DNA of 64,000 nucleotides from a virus. Below are positions 27,601-38,502 of the stretch, one piece after another. The notes beneath the pieces are model-generated. The model saw only the letters and a program-made list of their open reading frames with translations. It did no database searches and was not told the DNA's origin. Within the stretch, counting starts at the first letter, position 1, and the number at the start of each line of letters is the position of its first letter. The position numbers and the translations under genes were made by a program. Location: IMG/VR virus record IMGVR_UViG_3300042922_000836, positions 1 through 64,000 of that record; one strand, given 5' to 3'.

Positions 27601-30600
27601 TAAAGATTACATCGATGAAAAGAATAGCTTATCTGCCGACCTTGAAAAACAAACGAAAAAATTAAATCCTATTTTGCAAGAACTTCCTCAGTCTTTGACA
27701 GCATATGATAAATTAACTGATGCTCAAAAAAGTTTTATAACTACTTATATAAATGGTTTTAAAATTACTCCTGACGAAATTAAAAATTCAGATGCAATAA
27801 GTACATTGCGTGATGAAATTTTAGATTTTACACAAGATTTAGCAAATAGTTCTACTGCTCAAGAGGCTATTAATAATTTCTTTTCATTAGATACCTCAAA
27901 ATTAACAGCTAACGAGTGGGAAAAAAAAGTAAATGAAATTGTTAAAATTATTTCAAGTGAACTTGATATGGATATTTCTGACATAAAATTAAGACTTGGA
28001 ATAACCTTTGAAACAAATGATAAACAAATATATAGTATGAAAACTAACATGAAGAAAGAAATTTCTAATGTTTTAAAGCAAATATCATTTGAAGAATTAG
28101 GTAAATTAACAGTTGACCAACTTACAATGGCTTTTGAACATCTTAATGATGTCGGTGATGTTACTTTTAGTCAATTAGTTAAAAAACTTAAAGAATTTAC
28201 AGATACTGTACCTGAGAGTGGTGATTCTCTTGAATCCTTAAAAGGGCAGTTAAAGAGCCTAAAAGGTGCATATAATACTCTTAAAGATGCTATAGATGAA
28301 TATCATAAAAATGGTTATATCTCTATTGATACACTTGAAGGTTTAATGGATTTAGGTGATGATTATCTTCAATATTTAATTGATGAAAATGGAAATCTTG
28401 ATTTAAATAAAGATGCAATTAAAAAGGTTATTATAGCGAAACTTGAAAATATTAAAGCATCAAAAATGACTGCCATTAATACTGAAATTGAAAGTCTTGA
28501 AAAAGAAAGACAAGCTTATATTGACAGTGGTGATGAAGCCGAAACTGCAACACAAAAAATCATTGAACTTGCTTTAGCACAGACTATTTTAAGAAATAAT
28601 ATTAATGGTACTGTTGAAGATTGGAAAAACCATCCCGCAATAAAAGCTTTATTGGCAGAAATTGCATTAATTGATAATTCTATTGCTAATATCGATTCAG
28701 CTTTAGATCCTACAGGCATAGGAAAAGAAACCGAAGATGCTATAGAAAAAGAATTTAAGGTTCTTGAAGAAAAATATAAGCAACAAGAAATAACTACACA
28801 ACAATATTATGAATCTTTAAACACAATAAACGAAAAGTATTATGCTAATAATAAAGACCATATTGATGATTATGAGTCAAATCTTACTCAACTTCGTGAA
28901 TTAGAGGCTAAATTATCAACCGAACGTATCGGTGATATGGAACATGAAATTTTTAAACTTCAACAAAAAGCTGGTACTGAAAAAGAACAAGTTGCAATAT
29001 ATAAAAATATTCAAGCTGAAATTTTGTCTGAAATTGAAAGATATAAGAAATTAGGTCTTGATTTAAATAATGATACTATTCAAGAATTAGAAAAACAATG
29101 GGATGAATACGCAAACTACATAGTTGATACAAATGCTAAATCGTTTGAAAATTTAAGGTCTGAACTTGACCATAAAGCAGATATTCTTTCAAGAACCAAA
29201 GGCAACGAACAAGAAATCGTTGAAATTTATAAAAAAGCACAAGAAAGTATATCACAACAATATAGTGAGAGTAAAAATGACCAATCTGAGGCAAACAAAC
29301 AACATTTAAGAGAGTTGGAAAATCAATGGTATGCTTATGCTGATAAAATTGCTGAAGTTAATAGTAATTCTTTAGATAAAGTGCAAGAAATGTTTACTGC
29401 TTTTCAACAATCGGCTGTAAAGCAATTAGAAAAAGAAGTAGATAGTCTTAATGACCAATTGGATAAAACTAATAATAATTTTGATAAACAAATTGAGGCT
29501 CTTCGTGACCAGAAAAAAACTATGGATGAACAGCTTGAAGATCAAAAACAATTATTAGAAGTTGAAGAAAAACGTAAAGCTTTAGAAGATGCTAAAAAAC
29601 AAAAAACAGCATTAATTTATAGAGAAAATCGTGGTTTTGATTATGAAGTTGATGCTGGAGAAGTTGAAAAGGCACAAAAAGATTATGATGATGCTATAGC
29701 AGACCGTAATAAAACTCTAAAAGATAATGCTCTTGAAGCACAAATAGAGGTATTGGAAGATGCAAAGAAAGCAAATGAAGAAAGTGTTAAGGCACAAATT
29801 AAAAATCTTGAAGACCTCAAAAAAGGTTGGGAAGATGTTTTAGATATCGACAGTGAAATGGAAATGTATACAAGTACATTATTTAAATTAAGTGGATTTG
29901 AAAACATGAGTTATGATGAACGTACAACCATGCTAAAAACATTTAGTAATGCGTTTAATGAATTAGGTGTTGTAAAACAACAACTTGATTTAAATAAACA
30001 AACTGAGAATTTCCAAAATGCTGTAAATCAACAAGCGGATGTATCTGATACTCAACAAGAAAATTTAAAAAATCTTCATGATACTTTCGGTAAAGCTTTT
30101 GATATTTCAACAGAGTTAAATTCATACAGCAGTATGATCCAAGCACTTGAATCTGGCGAAAATAATAGCTACACCACAAGATTAAAATCATTTGCATCTT
30201 TTGTACAGGAAATGGCAAAATTACAATCATTTTTACTTGGAGTAATGGGTGGTGAAAAAGGTGGAACAAATTTCTCATTACCGTCTATTCTTGGTAATTT
30301 TTCCAAATCAGGATCTTTCGATATACCAGATGCTTTAAAAAGTGTATGGGATATTGCAGAAAGTGTTCGTGTAAGTGGACAAAGTTCATCTTCATCTACA
30401 TCTGCAAAAAGCAATACATCAGGTAGTCTTGTTGATATTTTATCATCTTTATTTGGTGGTTCGCCTTCAAGTGATACCAGTTCTTCGGCTCAAAAGCCTA
30501 TGTCTATGGCAGATGCTTTAGCAAAAGAATTTGCGGGTAATCCTGTTGGCACTCAATCATATAAAGAAGAAATTCATGCAAAAGATAATCGTTCAAAAGC

Positions 30601-31099
30601 GGAAGCTGATGAAATTAATGCAAGAAAATCTGCGGGAATTTATATTCCTGTCGGTGAAATGACTCCAGCTCAACGTGAAGAATATGAATATGCTATAAAT
30701 AAACGATTAAGTTCTATGTATCAAGCTGAAACAGGAAGTGGTTATGGTATTCATGGTGTTCCAGTTTGGGCAAGAGATACAGGATATAATTATTATGCTA
30801 ACGGTACAATGAGTTCAAAAGGCGGAGCTTCGGTTGTTGGTGAAAATGGCAGAGAATTGAGAATTTTAAACAGAGGTGATGGAATTCTTACCAACAAAAT
30901 AACTGAAAATATAGCTAAATTAGGACAAGCTGTACCCAATATATTACAAAACTTGACTGGTGGAAGTTCATTCGCCAAAGTTCCTAATATATCTATAGGT
31001 GATATTTATATGTCTGGTGTTCAAGATGAAAATGGTTTAGCAAAGAAAATTAAAGAAAGATTTCCTAATGCACTTATGCAAGAAATTTATAAAAAATAA
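24617..31099 (+). CDS. tape measure protein
   Basis: 2160 aa, TP901-family core, TM-like segments, coiled coils, C-terminal YANGT...VGENGREL. Confidence 0.93.
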   Translation: MATNITIGIDIPASQLQWEHDIEKIINNLKTKNIPQITVSIDEKATTTVFQSQLNQILKNLNLKGTSGKKGSIGIFDTTDLKAQGIKYYDTTVDIIEKIKNEYKTSNGHTNSVNVTNIHKNELKEIENLSVAVTKYTGEIEKLNFVRAKINNQGAISDGFVFQSSTGADKLIGSDLEKKFATLQKYSDQVLRIKQRFTSSSNAITDPKHLTLLNKEYSKIFNEINSIRSSSDAMSKGQSTNLNKMIEKVTRLGGAYRTLEQTKVKTEKSTSQSLDFTKLKNNSIEKLEKFWANNTKALKLYKNEYDSVSNAYRNATIPDDVTKADIAFQNLRKSIRDTGSTGMSTVQKISGLFERFTQWYSISRLIIMATNTFKQMYDTVVELDASFVELQKVTDLSGNSLKTFTNNAFDMGEAIGRTAKDVIDATTIFKRAGYELQNSFELAKSALIMTNVGDGINDVKDASSALIAVLKGFNMKDTQAMGVLDAINEVSNTSAIDFASITEGLRRVSGTLSQTGASLEETIGLLTGGFGSLRDIETVSAGLIMISQRLRGIGEDGEVIDGLAPKLQKAFKNIAKIDIQDKSGNLRNTFDILTDMSKIMPTLSDENQQYLGELAGGNRQVKVLNAILNGWQDVEKAVNSATNSQGSALKENEKFLNSIQGKLNLLTSEFQKMATKTVDSGLVKFIIDFGTSILKLINSSGSLIPVLTLVGTLIAGFKLKGLSDLFQPFISKLQQTSMYLNTFGDSAKSASISAGLLTSALSFGAVLVVQALIGVIGHLIEEQKRSIEIANELANTYKSTVKEINSVISTLKNLDEEFKTLSKGVDQYGNNVSLSADEYLRYKEILQEILTISPELIEGYDIEGKAFADKNKLIQASIDLQKEKLRQDREEITSTEKLWKLTKGYNAEYTKINRELFDKNGKDFYNILQNLIPKRLSQETKFFADLAEQISGKDINTSSGTYWSFGTILLDNLTTTYQEMAKRTDLFTEEDLNKFKDYIDEKNSLSADLEKQTKKLNPILQELPQSLTAYDKLTDAQKSFITTYINGFKITPDEIKNSDAISTLRDEILDFTQDLANSSTAQEAINNFFSLDTSKLTANEWEKKVNEIVKIISSELDMDISDIKLRLGITFETNDKQIYSMKTNMKKEISNVLKQISFEELGKLTVDQLTMAFEHLNDVGDVTFSQLVKKLKEFTDTVPESGDSLESLKGQLKSLKGAYNTLKDAIDEYHKNGYISIDTLEGLMDLGDDYLQYLIDENGNLDLNKDAIKKVIIAKLENIKASKMTAINTEIESLEKERQAYIDSGDEAETATQKIIELALAQTILRNNINGTVEDWKNHPAIKALLAEIALIDNSIANIDSALDPTGIGKETEDAIEKEFKVLEEKYKQQEITTQQYYESLNTINEKYYANNKDHIDDYESNLTQLRELEAKLSTERIGDMEHEIFKLQQKAGTEKEQVAIYKNIQAEILSEIERYKKLGLDLNNDTIQELEKQWDEYANYIVDTNAKSFENLRSELDHKADILSRTKGNEQEIVEIYKKAQESISQQYSESKNDQSEANKQHLRELENQWYAYADKIAEVNSNSLDKVQEMFTAFQQSAVKQLEKEVDSLNDQLDKTNNNFDKQIEALRDQKKTMDEQLEDQKQLLEVEEKRKALEDAKKQKTALIYRENRGFDYEVDAGEVEKAQKDYDDAIADRNKTLKDNALEAQIEVLEDAKKANEESVKAQIKNLEDLKKGWEDVLDIDSEMEMYTSTLFKLSGFENMSYDERTTMLKTFSNAFNELGVVKQQLDLNKQTENFQNAVNQQADVSDTQQENLKNLHDTFGKAFDISTELNSYSSMIQALESGENNSYTTRLKSFASFVQEMAKLQSFLLGVMGGEKGGTNFSLPSILGNFSKSGSFDIPDALKSVWDIAESVRVSGQSSSSSTSAKSNTSGSLVDILSSLFGGSPSSDTSSSAQKPMSMADALAKEFAGNPVGTQSYKEEIHAKDNRSKAEADEINARKSAGIYIPVGEMTPAQREEYEYAINKRLSSMYQAETGSGYGIHGVPVWARDTGYNYYANGTMSSKGGASVVGENGRELRILNRGDGILTNKITENIAKLGQAVPNILQNLTGGSSFAKVPNISIGDIYMSGVQDENGLAKKIKERFPNALMQEIYKK

Positions 31100-31115
31100 A
31101 AAAAGGGGGTAATGT

Positions 31116-34100
31116 ATGAGTGATATTAATGATGAAGTAGTACAAATGTTAGCAAAATACATAGTTGAAGCAGTTAAGCATCAAATTACTCAAGCACCTT
31201 TTGACAGGATTGTTGATGGGGTAATTACCTCTGTTAATAATAATATATACACCGTTACGATAAGTGGCGGTGTATATAATATTTCTGATGTAAATACTCA
31301 TAATATTAATGAAAAAGTTAAGATTGTTATTCCACAAAATGACAATGATAGAATGTTTATTTTATCTTTAACAGGTAGCGGTGAAGTAAACCCTGACAGT
31401 ATGTTGAAATCTATTTTTGCAACTAATTTAAAAGCTGAACAGGGTTATGTAGATAAAGCTATAAATTCTGAAACCGTAGGTGGTAAATCAATAGCAGATT
31501 TTACTCCAGTATCTCATGTCGGTATGACAGGTTCTGCTCATGGTATAGTAACTACAAATGTAAATGGTTTTATGAGTTCATCTGATAAAATAAAAATTGA
31601 TAACATAAGTTCAGGTGCAAATAAAATTGAAACATCTTTATTAAATGGTAATATTAAAATAGATGGTACGGAAAAAAATGTGTATACACATCCTACTGGT
31701 ACAAATCCCCATGGAACAACAAAAGCAGATGTTGATTTAGGAAATGTAGATAATACTTCCGATGTGAATAAACCAATTTCCTCTGCTGTTTTAAATGCTT
31801 TAAATTCAAAATTAAATACTACTTCAAATGCTGTATCTGCAAGTAAAATTTCAGAAAGTGATACACGAAATACGAATGAAACACCTCAATGGTATATGAC
31901 AACTCATGGGAAAAGTAATGTTTATGAATTTAAAACAAATACAATTATTGGTTTAACAACAGCTTTTTCTGAAGTTTCTACATATTCTGAAGTTTCTACT
32001 TTTGTATCGTGGGGAGATTTAAGCGGTGGTTATCCTGTTCAATTAGCTGTAAATAATACTGGTATGTATTTCAGGTATGGAATTAGTAATACTACATGGG
32101 GTGCATGGAATAAGATTGTTAAAACTACTGATATTCCGACTTCCCTACCCGCAAGTGGTGGCAATGCTGATACTGTAAACGGTCATTCAGTTAATATTGA
32201 TATACCAGCAAATGCTGTTTTTACAGATACAATTACTACAATAAATGGTAAAACAGGTGTTATTGCCAAATCAGACATTACAGCACTTGGAATTCCAGCA
32301 CAAGATACAATCTATACACATCCCGCAAATCATAGTGCCGATATCATAATAGATGGAACAACAAATAAAAATTTTACTGCGATTGAAAAAACTAAATTAG
32401 CGGGAATTGCTTCAGGTGCTGAAGTAAATGTTCAATCTGATTGGAACGCAACATCAGGTGATGCTCTTATATTGAATAAGCCTACGAATGTATCTGGTTA
32501 TGGAATTACAGATGTATATACGAAGAATGAAATAGATAATAAAGTATCTGCTGTTTATAAGTACAAAGGAAGTGTTTCTACTTATGCATCATTGCCAACC
32601 ACAAATAGAATAATCGGTGATGTTTGGAATGTAACAGATACAGGTATTAATTATGCATGGGATGGAACAGTTTGGGATGATATTGGTGGTATAGAAGCAT
32701 TAGCTACAGCAATAAATAATGGTTTAATGTCAAAAGAAGATTTTCTAAAACTTTCAAATATTGAAGCGGGTGCTAATAAATATACACATCCACTAAGTCA
32801 TAATGCAACAATGATAACAGAAGATACTACTCATAAATTTGTAACCGATGCTGAAAAAATAATATGGAATGGTAAATTAGATTCTACTATTTATACAGCT
32901 AATGATATTTTAGTAAAAATAAAAACAGTTGATGGAAGTGGAAGTGGAATTGATGTTGATTTATTGGATGGAAAACATGCAAGTGAATTTGCTTTAATAA
33001 ATGGTGTTTCCACTCATTGGAAAACAGGTAAAATAGTACATAATGTTATAAATTGTTTAATTAATACAACTCCCACAGAAATTTTAATAAAAACAGGAAT
33101 ACCTTTTATTTCAGCAGCTCATATGCCAGTTATTCACATACAGGGTTATGCCTATGGATTGCAAAGTCCGATTGAGTTGAAAATTGGTTATTATGTTTAT
33201 GGTGGACAACATGGTTGGTGTGGTGCTGTTTCTATGGGTGCATGGAAACCTACAATAAAGCTATTTACATATTTGGTTGGCACAGATAAATATACAGGAG
33301 TTGCGTTGTTAGGTAGTATATATTATCCTCAATTTAGTGTAAATGTTCAAACTGAAATGGGTGGTATATATGAAACAGGATGGTCTATTGAACATAATGG
33401 TGCAAATTCTTCTATTTCAATAATACCTACAACCGATGTAGTAGTTGTTCCTTATAAATCAACTTTTTCAAGTAAAATTAATAATGTAGTTTATAACGGA
33501 TTAACAGATATTTCAATAACTGCTCCCGCTAACGGTGGAAATGCAGATACAGTTGGTGGACATACTGTAGGTAAAGATGTTCCCGCTGATGCAATTTTTA
33601 CGGACACTATAACAACTGTCAATGGTAAAACTGGTGTAATTAGTAAAGCTGATATTGTAGCTTTAGGAATTCCAGCACAAGACAACGATACTATTACAAC
33701 AGTAAACGGAAAGTCAGGGATAATTAGTAAATCGGATATCGTTGCGTTAGGAATACCAGCACAAGACACAGTTTATGCTTTGCCTGTGGCGGGTATTTCA
33801 TTAGGTGGTATTAAAAATGGTACTGATATTACTGTTGATGCAAGTGGAAATGTTACTGTTAATGACGATAGTCATAATCATATTATAAGTAATATAGATG
33901 GGTTACAATCTGCATTAGATGGTAAGGTAGATGATAGTCAGGTATTAACAAATGTTCCAATTAATGCTATATTTACAGATACCATTACAACCGTTAACGG
34001 TAAAACAGGTGCGATTAGCAAATCCGATATAGTTGCATTGGGAATTCCATCACAAGATACTGTTTATAATTTACCAATTGCATCAACAATACTTGGCGGT

Positions 34101-34523
34101 GTAAAAAGCGGTACAGATATTACAGTTGATGTTAATGGTAATGTATCAGTTAATGATGATAGTCATAACCATACAATTGGAAATGTTGACGGTCTGCAAT
34201 CAGCTTTAGATGGCAAAGTGGATGATAGCCAAGTATTGACTAATGTTCCAATAAATGCAGTTTTTACTGATACTGTTACTACTGTTAATGGGAAGACAGG
34301 AACAATAGCTAAATCTGATATTGTTGCACTTGGTATCCCCGCCCAAGATACACTTTATACACATCCTGAATTTCACCCAGCGACTATAATAACGGAAGAT
34401 ACAACACACAAATTTACAACAGACACTGAAAAAAATACTTGGAATGGAAAACAGAGTCAAATATCAAGTGGAACAACTGTTCCAACTGGTGGTGTTGATG
34501 GTGATGTTTATTTTAAAGTTTAG
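31116..34523 (+). CDS. tail fibre protein with internal repeats
   Basis: 1135 aa; YTHP, NADTV and DxDLLDG motifs, and repeated TTVNGKTG-KSDIVALGIPAQD units. Confidence 0.85.
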   Translation: MSDINDEVVQMLAKYIVEAVKHQITQAPFDRIVDGVITSVNNNIYTVTISGGVYNISDVNTHNINEKVKIVIPQNDNDRMFILSLTGSGEVNPDSMLKSIFATNLKAEQGYVDKAINSETVGGKSIADFTPVSHVGMTGSAHGIVTTNVNGFMSSSDKIKIDNISSGANKIETSLLNGNIKIDGTEKNVYTHPTGTNPHGTTKADVDLGNVDNTSDVNKPISSAVLNALNSKLNTTSNAVSASKISESDTRNTNETPQWYMTTHGKSNVYEFKTNTIIGLTTAFSEVSTYSEVSTFVSWGDLSGGYPVQLAVNNTGMYFRYGISNTTWGAWNKIVKTTDIPTSLPASGGNADTVNGHSVNIDIPANAVFTDTITTINGKTGVIAKSDITALGIPAQDTIYTHPANHSADIIIDGTTNKNFTAIEKTKLAGIASGAEVNVQSDWNATSGDALILNKPTNVSGYGITDVYTKNEIDNKVSAVYKYKGSVSTYASLPTTNRIIGDVWNVTDTGINYAWDGTVWDDIGGIEALATAINNGLMSKEDFLKLSNIEAGANKYTHPLSHNATMITEDTTHKFVTDAEKIIWNGKLDSTIYTANDILVKIKTVDGSGSGIDVDLLDGKHASEFALINGVSTHWKTGKIVHNVINCLINTTPTEILIKTGIPFISAAHMPVIHIQGYAYGLQSPIELKIGYYVYGGQHGWCGAVSMGAWKPTIKLFTYLVGTDKYTGVALLGSIYYPQFSVNVQTEMGGIYETGWSIEHNGANSSISIIPTTDVVVVPYKSTFSSKINNVVYNGLTDISITAPANGGNADTVGGHTVGKDVPADAIFTDTITTVNGKTGVISKADIVALGIPAQDNDTITTVNGKSGIISKSDIVALGIPAQDTVYALPVAGISLGGIKNGTDITVDASGNVTVNDDSHNHIISNIDGLQSALDGKVDDSQVLTNVPINAIFTDTITTVNGKTGAISKSDIVALGIPSQDTVYNLPIASTILGGVKSGTDITVDVNGNVSVNDDSHNHTIGNVDGLQSALDGKVDDSQVLTNVPINAVFTDTVTTVNGKTGTIAKSDIVALGIPAQDTLYTHPEFHPATIITEDTTHKFTTDTEKNTWNGKQSQISSGTTVPTGGVDGDVYFKV
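33687..34268 (+). repeat. 291-bp (97-aa) tandem duplication inside the fibre gene
   Basis: DTITTVNGK...NVPINAxFT occurs twice, starting at 33687 and 33978. Confidence 0.85.
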
Positions 34524-34534
34524 GATGGTGCATA

Positions 34535-35305
34535 ATGGCTAATTTTATTCAATGGCAAAATTCAAGCGGTATATATGTAGGAGATCCACCTACAGCAAGG
34601 ATATCACCTCAAAGTACATACCGCTTTTATATGACATCCAATTATACAGGTAATCATAGATTTGATATTCAGTTAATAAATCAATATGGAACACCGATAA
34701 AAGCTTATACTGTAATAAGTTCACAATATCTTAGTTCATCTGGTGGCTATTCAACATATTTTGTATTACAAACATACCCTGAAATGGGATGGACAAGCGG
34801 TGGCACTAAAATTAGAGGTCAATTGTATTATGGTACTACTTTATTAGCAAATACAAGTAACTATGACTTATTATTTCCTACTGCTACTGCTCCGTCTTTT
34901 AATACTTATCAAACAACATATGCCGACACATTAGATATAACTATGTCATGGACAGCATCAACTATTTCTACAGGATCAATAATTGGATATATATTGGAAA
35001 GAAAAATAAACAGTGGCTCATGGACACAGATATATAATGGCACAAATAGAACATTCATAGATACAGAAGTGAAAACAACATGGAATACTGTAGCTTATAG
35101 AGTTTTAGCAAAAAGCAGTTTCGGTTTAAATAGTAGTTATACAACTTCATCAGCTATAACTATAGCACATTCCACAAATAGTATTTATATAAAAAAAAGT
35201 GGTATATGGACTAATGGAATACCTTATGTAAAAAAAAGTGGTGTATGGACTGAGGTAGCTGGTGCTTATAAAAAGATAAATGGTGTCTGGACAATAAATT
35301 CATAA
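34535..35305 (+). CDS. FN3-like fibre accessory/receptor-binding protein
   Basis: SWTAS...GYILERKINSGSWTQIY...YRV; three C-terminal KxxGxW repeats. Confidence 0.65.
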   Translation: MANFIQWQNSSGIYVGDPPTARISPQSTYRFYMTSNYTGNHRFDIQLINQYGTPIKAYTVISSQYLSSSGGYSTYFVLQTYPEMGWTSGGTKIRGQLYYGTTLLANTSNYDLLFPTATAPSFNTYQTTYADTLDITMSWTASTISTGSIIGYILERKINSGSWTQIYNGTNRTFIDTEVKTTWNTVAYRVLAKSSFGLNSSYTTSSAITIAHSTNSIYIKKSGIWTNGIPYVKKSGVWTEVAGAYKKINGVWTINS

Positions 35306-35329
35306 TATAAAATTTAGGTAGGTGAAAAA

Positions 35330-36082
35330 ATGGCAACAGCTATACAATGGCAAAATTCAAGCGGTGTATATTTTACTAATGCTACTCCAATTGTTGCGGG
35401 AACTAATTATAAATTATATTCCTATGTAGACTTGGCTGGATATTACACTATATCTATAAGAGTTAAAGATTCAAATGGAATTGTATTAGGAACTCATTTA
35501 GTACAAAGCGAAGTAAACAAAGGTGCGAATTCTTATTGGACAATAGATGTCACACCATTATTGCAATATGCCGAATTTGTTGCGGGTGGAAAAATAGATG
35601 CTATATTAATTAAAACAAGCGGTTCGTCTGTCACAACAGGAGATTATTTATATACTGTTCCAATACCATCTACACCAAGTTTTACAACATATCCAAGTGT
35701 AAATATTACTGATACAACAGGGATTACGTTATCATGGAGTGCATCTACTGTTTCATATGGTATTATCTCAGGTTACATATTAGAGAGAAAAATAAATAAT
35801 GGCTCTTGGACACAAATATATATCGGAACATCAAGAATATTTAATGATACTGCTGATAAAGTTGTATGGGATACTGTTGTATATAGAATAAAATCATATA
35901 CTTCAGGTATTTCAAGTGTTTATGCAACTGGCTCAACAATTACAATTACTCATGCCTCAATGATTGTAAAAAACAATGGAGTATGGGCAAAAGGTATTCC
36001 GTTTGTGAGGAACAATGGTGTTTGGACAAAAGGTATTGGTGTCTTTGTTAAAATAAACGGTGTTTGGACAAGAAATAAATAA
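35330..36082 (+). CDS. FN3-like fibre accessory protein, paralogue of the preceding gene
   Basis: Shares IQWQNSSG, GYILERKINxGSWTQIY and the C-terminal xNGVW repeats. Confidence 0.65.
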   Translation: MATAIQWQNSSGVYFTNATPIVAGTNYKLYSYVDLAGYYTISIRVKDSNGIVLGTHLVQSEVNKGANSYWTIDVTPLLQYAEFVAGGKIDAILIKTSGSSVTTGDYLYTVPIPSTPSFTTYPSVNITDTTGITLSWSASTVSYGIISGYILERKINNGSWTQIYIGTSRIFNDTADKVVWDTVVYRIKSYTSGISSVYATGSTITITHASMIVKNNGVWAKGIPFVRNNGVWTKGIGVFVKINGVWTRNK

Positions 36083-36105
36083 AAATATTAGGAGGAAAAA
36101 TATAT

Positions 36106-36480
36106 ATGCAAAATATAATATTAAATAATGGAACACAATTAAATGTTAAAACTGTAGTTGCTGGTGAGGCAACTATTCAAAATACAATAAGAAAAGTATT
36201 GATGTTTAATTTTAGAAAAGCTGATTATACTTTTGACATGCTTGAGGGTTTGTTTAATGTTAAAACAAATACAGATAAAATTAAAATATATGAAGGTGAG
36301 AGCATGTTTCTACACGAAGGTTATAATATTCGTGCATCTATGCTTTTACAACCTGAACTTATAAGCGGTGGAGATGCAACAACTCCCCCAACCTATGAAG
36401 ATATTATCATAATTACCATGGCACAAGAAAGTTATCTTGAAAGACAAATGAGATTATTGTTAGAAGCTCAAGGTGTTTAA
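36106..36480 (+). CDS. hypothetical tail-associated protein
   Basis: 124 aa, AGGAGG SD. Confidence 0.6.
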   Translation: MQNIILNNGTQLNVKTVVAGEATIQNTIRKVLMFNFRKADYTFDMLEGLFNVKTNTDKIKIYEGESMFLHEGYNIRASMLLQPELISGGDATTPPTYEDIIIITMAQESYLERQMRLLLEAQGV

Positions 36481-36490
36481 TAATTTAAAT

Positions 36491-36520
36491 AAAGAGGTAG
36501 GATAATTTCTACCTCTTTTT
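36491..36520 (+). terminator. intrinsic terminator
   Basis: AAAGAGGTAG...CTACCTCTTTTT. Confidence 0.7.
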
Positions 36521-36536
36521 ATATGGGGGTGAATAA

Positions 36537-37598
36537 ATGGCACAACCGATTTTATATAGTATTTCTGCATTTGATAAAATAAAAGAACAGACTTTTAAAT
36601 TTAGTTATTCAGGCAATCAGGCTTATAAAAATAGACTTGTTATACGTAACAATGTAACAAATGCAGTAGTGTATGATAATGTACAAACAACATTTAAATT
36701 GCAACATGATTTACCCGCCAATACTTTAACAAATGGCATTATTTATAATGCTTGTCTTTCTGTTATAGATGGTAATAATGTCGAAACAACATTAAGTGAT
36801 GCAATTTTATTTTATTGTTTTACAACTCCTACATTTGCTTTTACAAATGTTATATTAAACCAAGTGATTGAAAATTCAACATATACAGTAATTTTAAAAT
36901 ATTCACAGGTTGAAAATGAACTTTTAAATGAATACCAAATTATTTTATATGACCAAACCATGTCGCAAGTTTTTACTTCTGGTGTTAAATATGAAACTAT
37001 AAATTTACAAGCAGTTTTAATTAATTTAGAAGATAACCATCAATATTTTATTCAAGCTACAGGAAAAACATTAAACGGTATGTTTGTTAATACAGGTGTA
37101 ATTCCTATTTCTGTTGATTACTTATCTCCTATTACTTTTTCTACAATTTCACTTGAAAATCAATCATCAGAGGGAAATATTAAAATTAGTGCCAATATGT
37201 ATTCAATTTTAGGTAAATCAAATCCAGATCCCGCTACTTTTATAAATAATGAATCTGTTGATTTAAAAGCAAATGGGAGCTGGGTAAAATTTGATGATAA
37301 TTTTCTTATTAATAAGAACTTCACATTACAATGTATTGGTAGAAATTTTTCTGATTTTAGTGAAATTTTAACTTTAAGTAATGGAAATTTAAAACTTGAA
37401 ATTAAATATATGAAAGGTAAATTTGATGGCAGTACAGTAGATAAAGTCTTTCTTATTTTACGAGCATACAACAGCTTAACAAATTACGAATTAATAAGCA
37501 ATTACATTAATGTACCAAATCTTGATACATGGTTAAGTATTTGGGTTAGACATATTGATAATGTATATGAATTAAAGATAGGAGAATATGTAGTATGA
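36537..37598 (+). CDS. tail/baseplate protein with Ig-like domains
   Basis: 353 aa, beta-rich. Confidence 0.6.
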   Translation: MAQPILYSISAFDKIKEQTFKFSYSGNQAYKNRLVIRNNVTNAVVYDNVQTTFKLQHDLPANTLTNGIIYNACLSVIDGNNVETTLSDAILFYCFTTPTFAFTNVILNQVIENSTYTVILKYSQVENELLNEYQIILYDQTMSQVFTSGVKYETINLQAVLINLEDNHQYFIQATGKTLNGMFVNTGVIPISVDYLSPITFSTISLENQSSEGNIKISANMYSILGKSNPDPATFINNESVDLKANGSWVKFDDNFLINKNFTLQCIGRNFSDFSEILTLSNGNLKLEIKYMKGKFDGSTVDKVFLILRAYNSLTNYELISNYINVPNLDTWLSIWVRHIDNVYELKIGEYVV

Positions 37599-38497
37599 TA
37601 TTTTTAGGACAAGGATTTTGTTCTGGTAAACATTCGTTAGATTATACAGTAACAAATGTATCAGAAATTAACAATGTTTTAATTCAGAACGGTATTTTTA
37701 CTGATTTGTTTATGACAAAAAATACTACATATACATATTCGTTAAGTATTGATGGTACATGGGATTTTGATACAGTTATGTATGCAAAATTTGACGGAAA
37801 TTTACATGCTGGTAACATTGAATTCGTTGCAAATCAAGTTTCAATGTTAAGAATTAAACGCAGAAAACAAGGAACTTATGATTGGACAACTCTTTATGAA
37901 GTTCCGATATTAACAACTGACGATTTTAACTTTGAACGTTTTGATAACTTCGCAAGAAGTGGTACAAAGTATGAATATGCAGTTATTCCTATAATTGGTG
38001 GAATTGAAAGCGGTCTTATCATCAATTCTGTTGAAAGCAATTTCGAAGGTTTATTCATAATAGAAAAAGATAGAGCCTTCGGTACAGAACTTGAAGTTGA
38101 TGTATCGGCAGATAAAAATGCACCTTATTCCATTGTAAATACGATAAACAGAAAATATCCTTATTATGTTAAAAACGGAAATAACAATTATTATAGTGGT
38201 ACTGCCACAGGATTATTTATTGAAAAAGTAAATGGCGATTATGAAGTTAATCCCCAATACGATTGGGAAAGAAGTCATTCTATTATGGAATTTTTATCAG
38301 ACGGTCAAGCAAAAATTTTAAAGAATGATGATGGTCGCATGTGGATGGTCGGCATTATTGGTAATCCGTCTGAAAGATCTGAAGAAATCCAAAACAAAAA
38401 AATTATTTCCTTTGATTGGGTTGAAATTGGTGACTGTGAATCAGGACATGAATTATATAATAATGGATTTATTGATGTTGATTATGAGGGGGTGTAA
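37595..38497 (+). CDS. tail protein (distal-tail-like, putative)
   Basis: 300 aa, overlapping start; synteny. Confidence 0.55.
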   Translation: MIFLGQGFCSGKHSLDYTVTNVSEINNVLIQNGIFTDLFMTKNTTYTYSLSIDGTWDFDTVMYAKFDGNLHAGNIEFVANQVSMLRIKRRKQGTYDWTTLYEVPILTTDDFNFERFDNFARSGTKYEYAVIPIIGGIESGLIINSVESNFEGLFIIEKDRAFGTELEVDVSADKNAPYSIVNTINRKYPYYVKNGNNNYYSGTATGLFIEKVNGDYEVNPQYDWERSHSIMEFLSDGQAKILKNDDGRMWMVGIIGNPSERSEEIQNKKIISFDWVEIGDCESGHELYNNGFIDVDYEGV

Positions 38498-38502
38498 TAC
38501 TT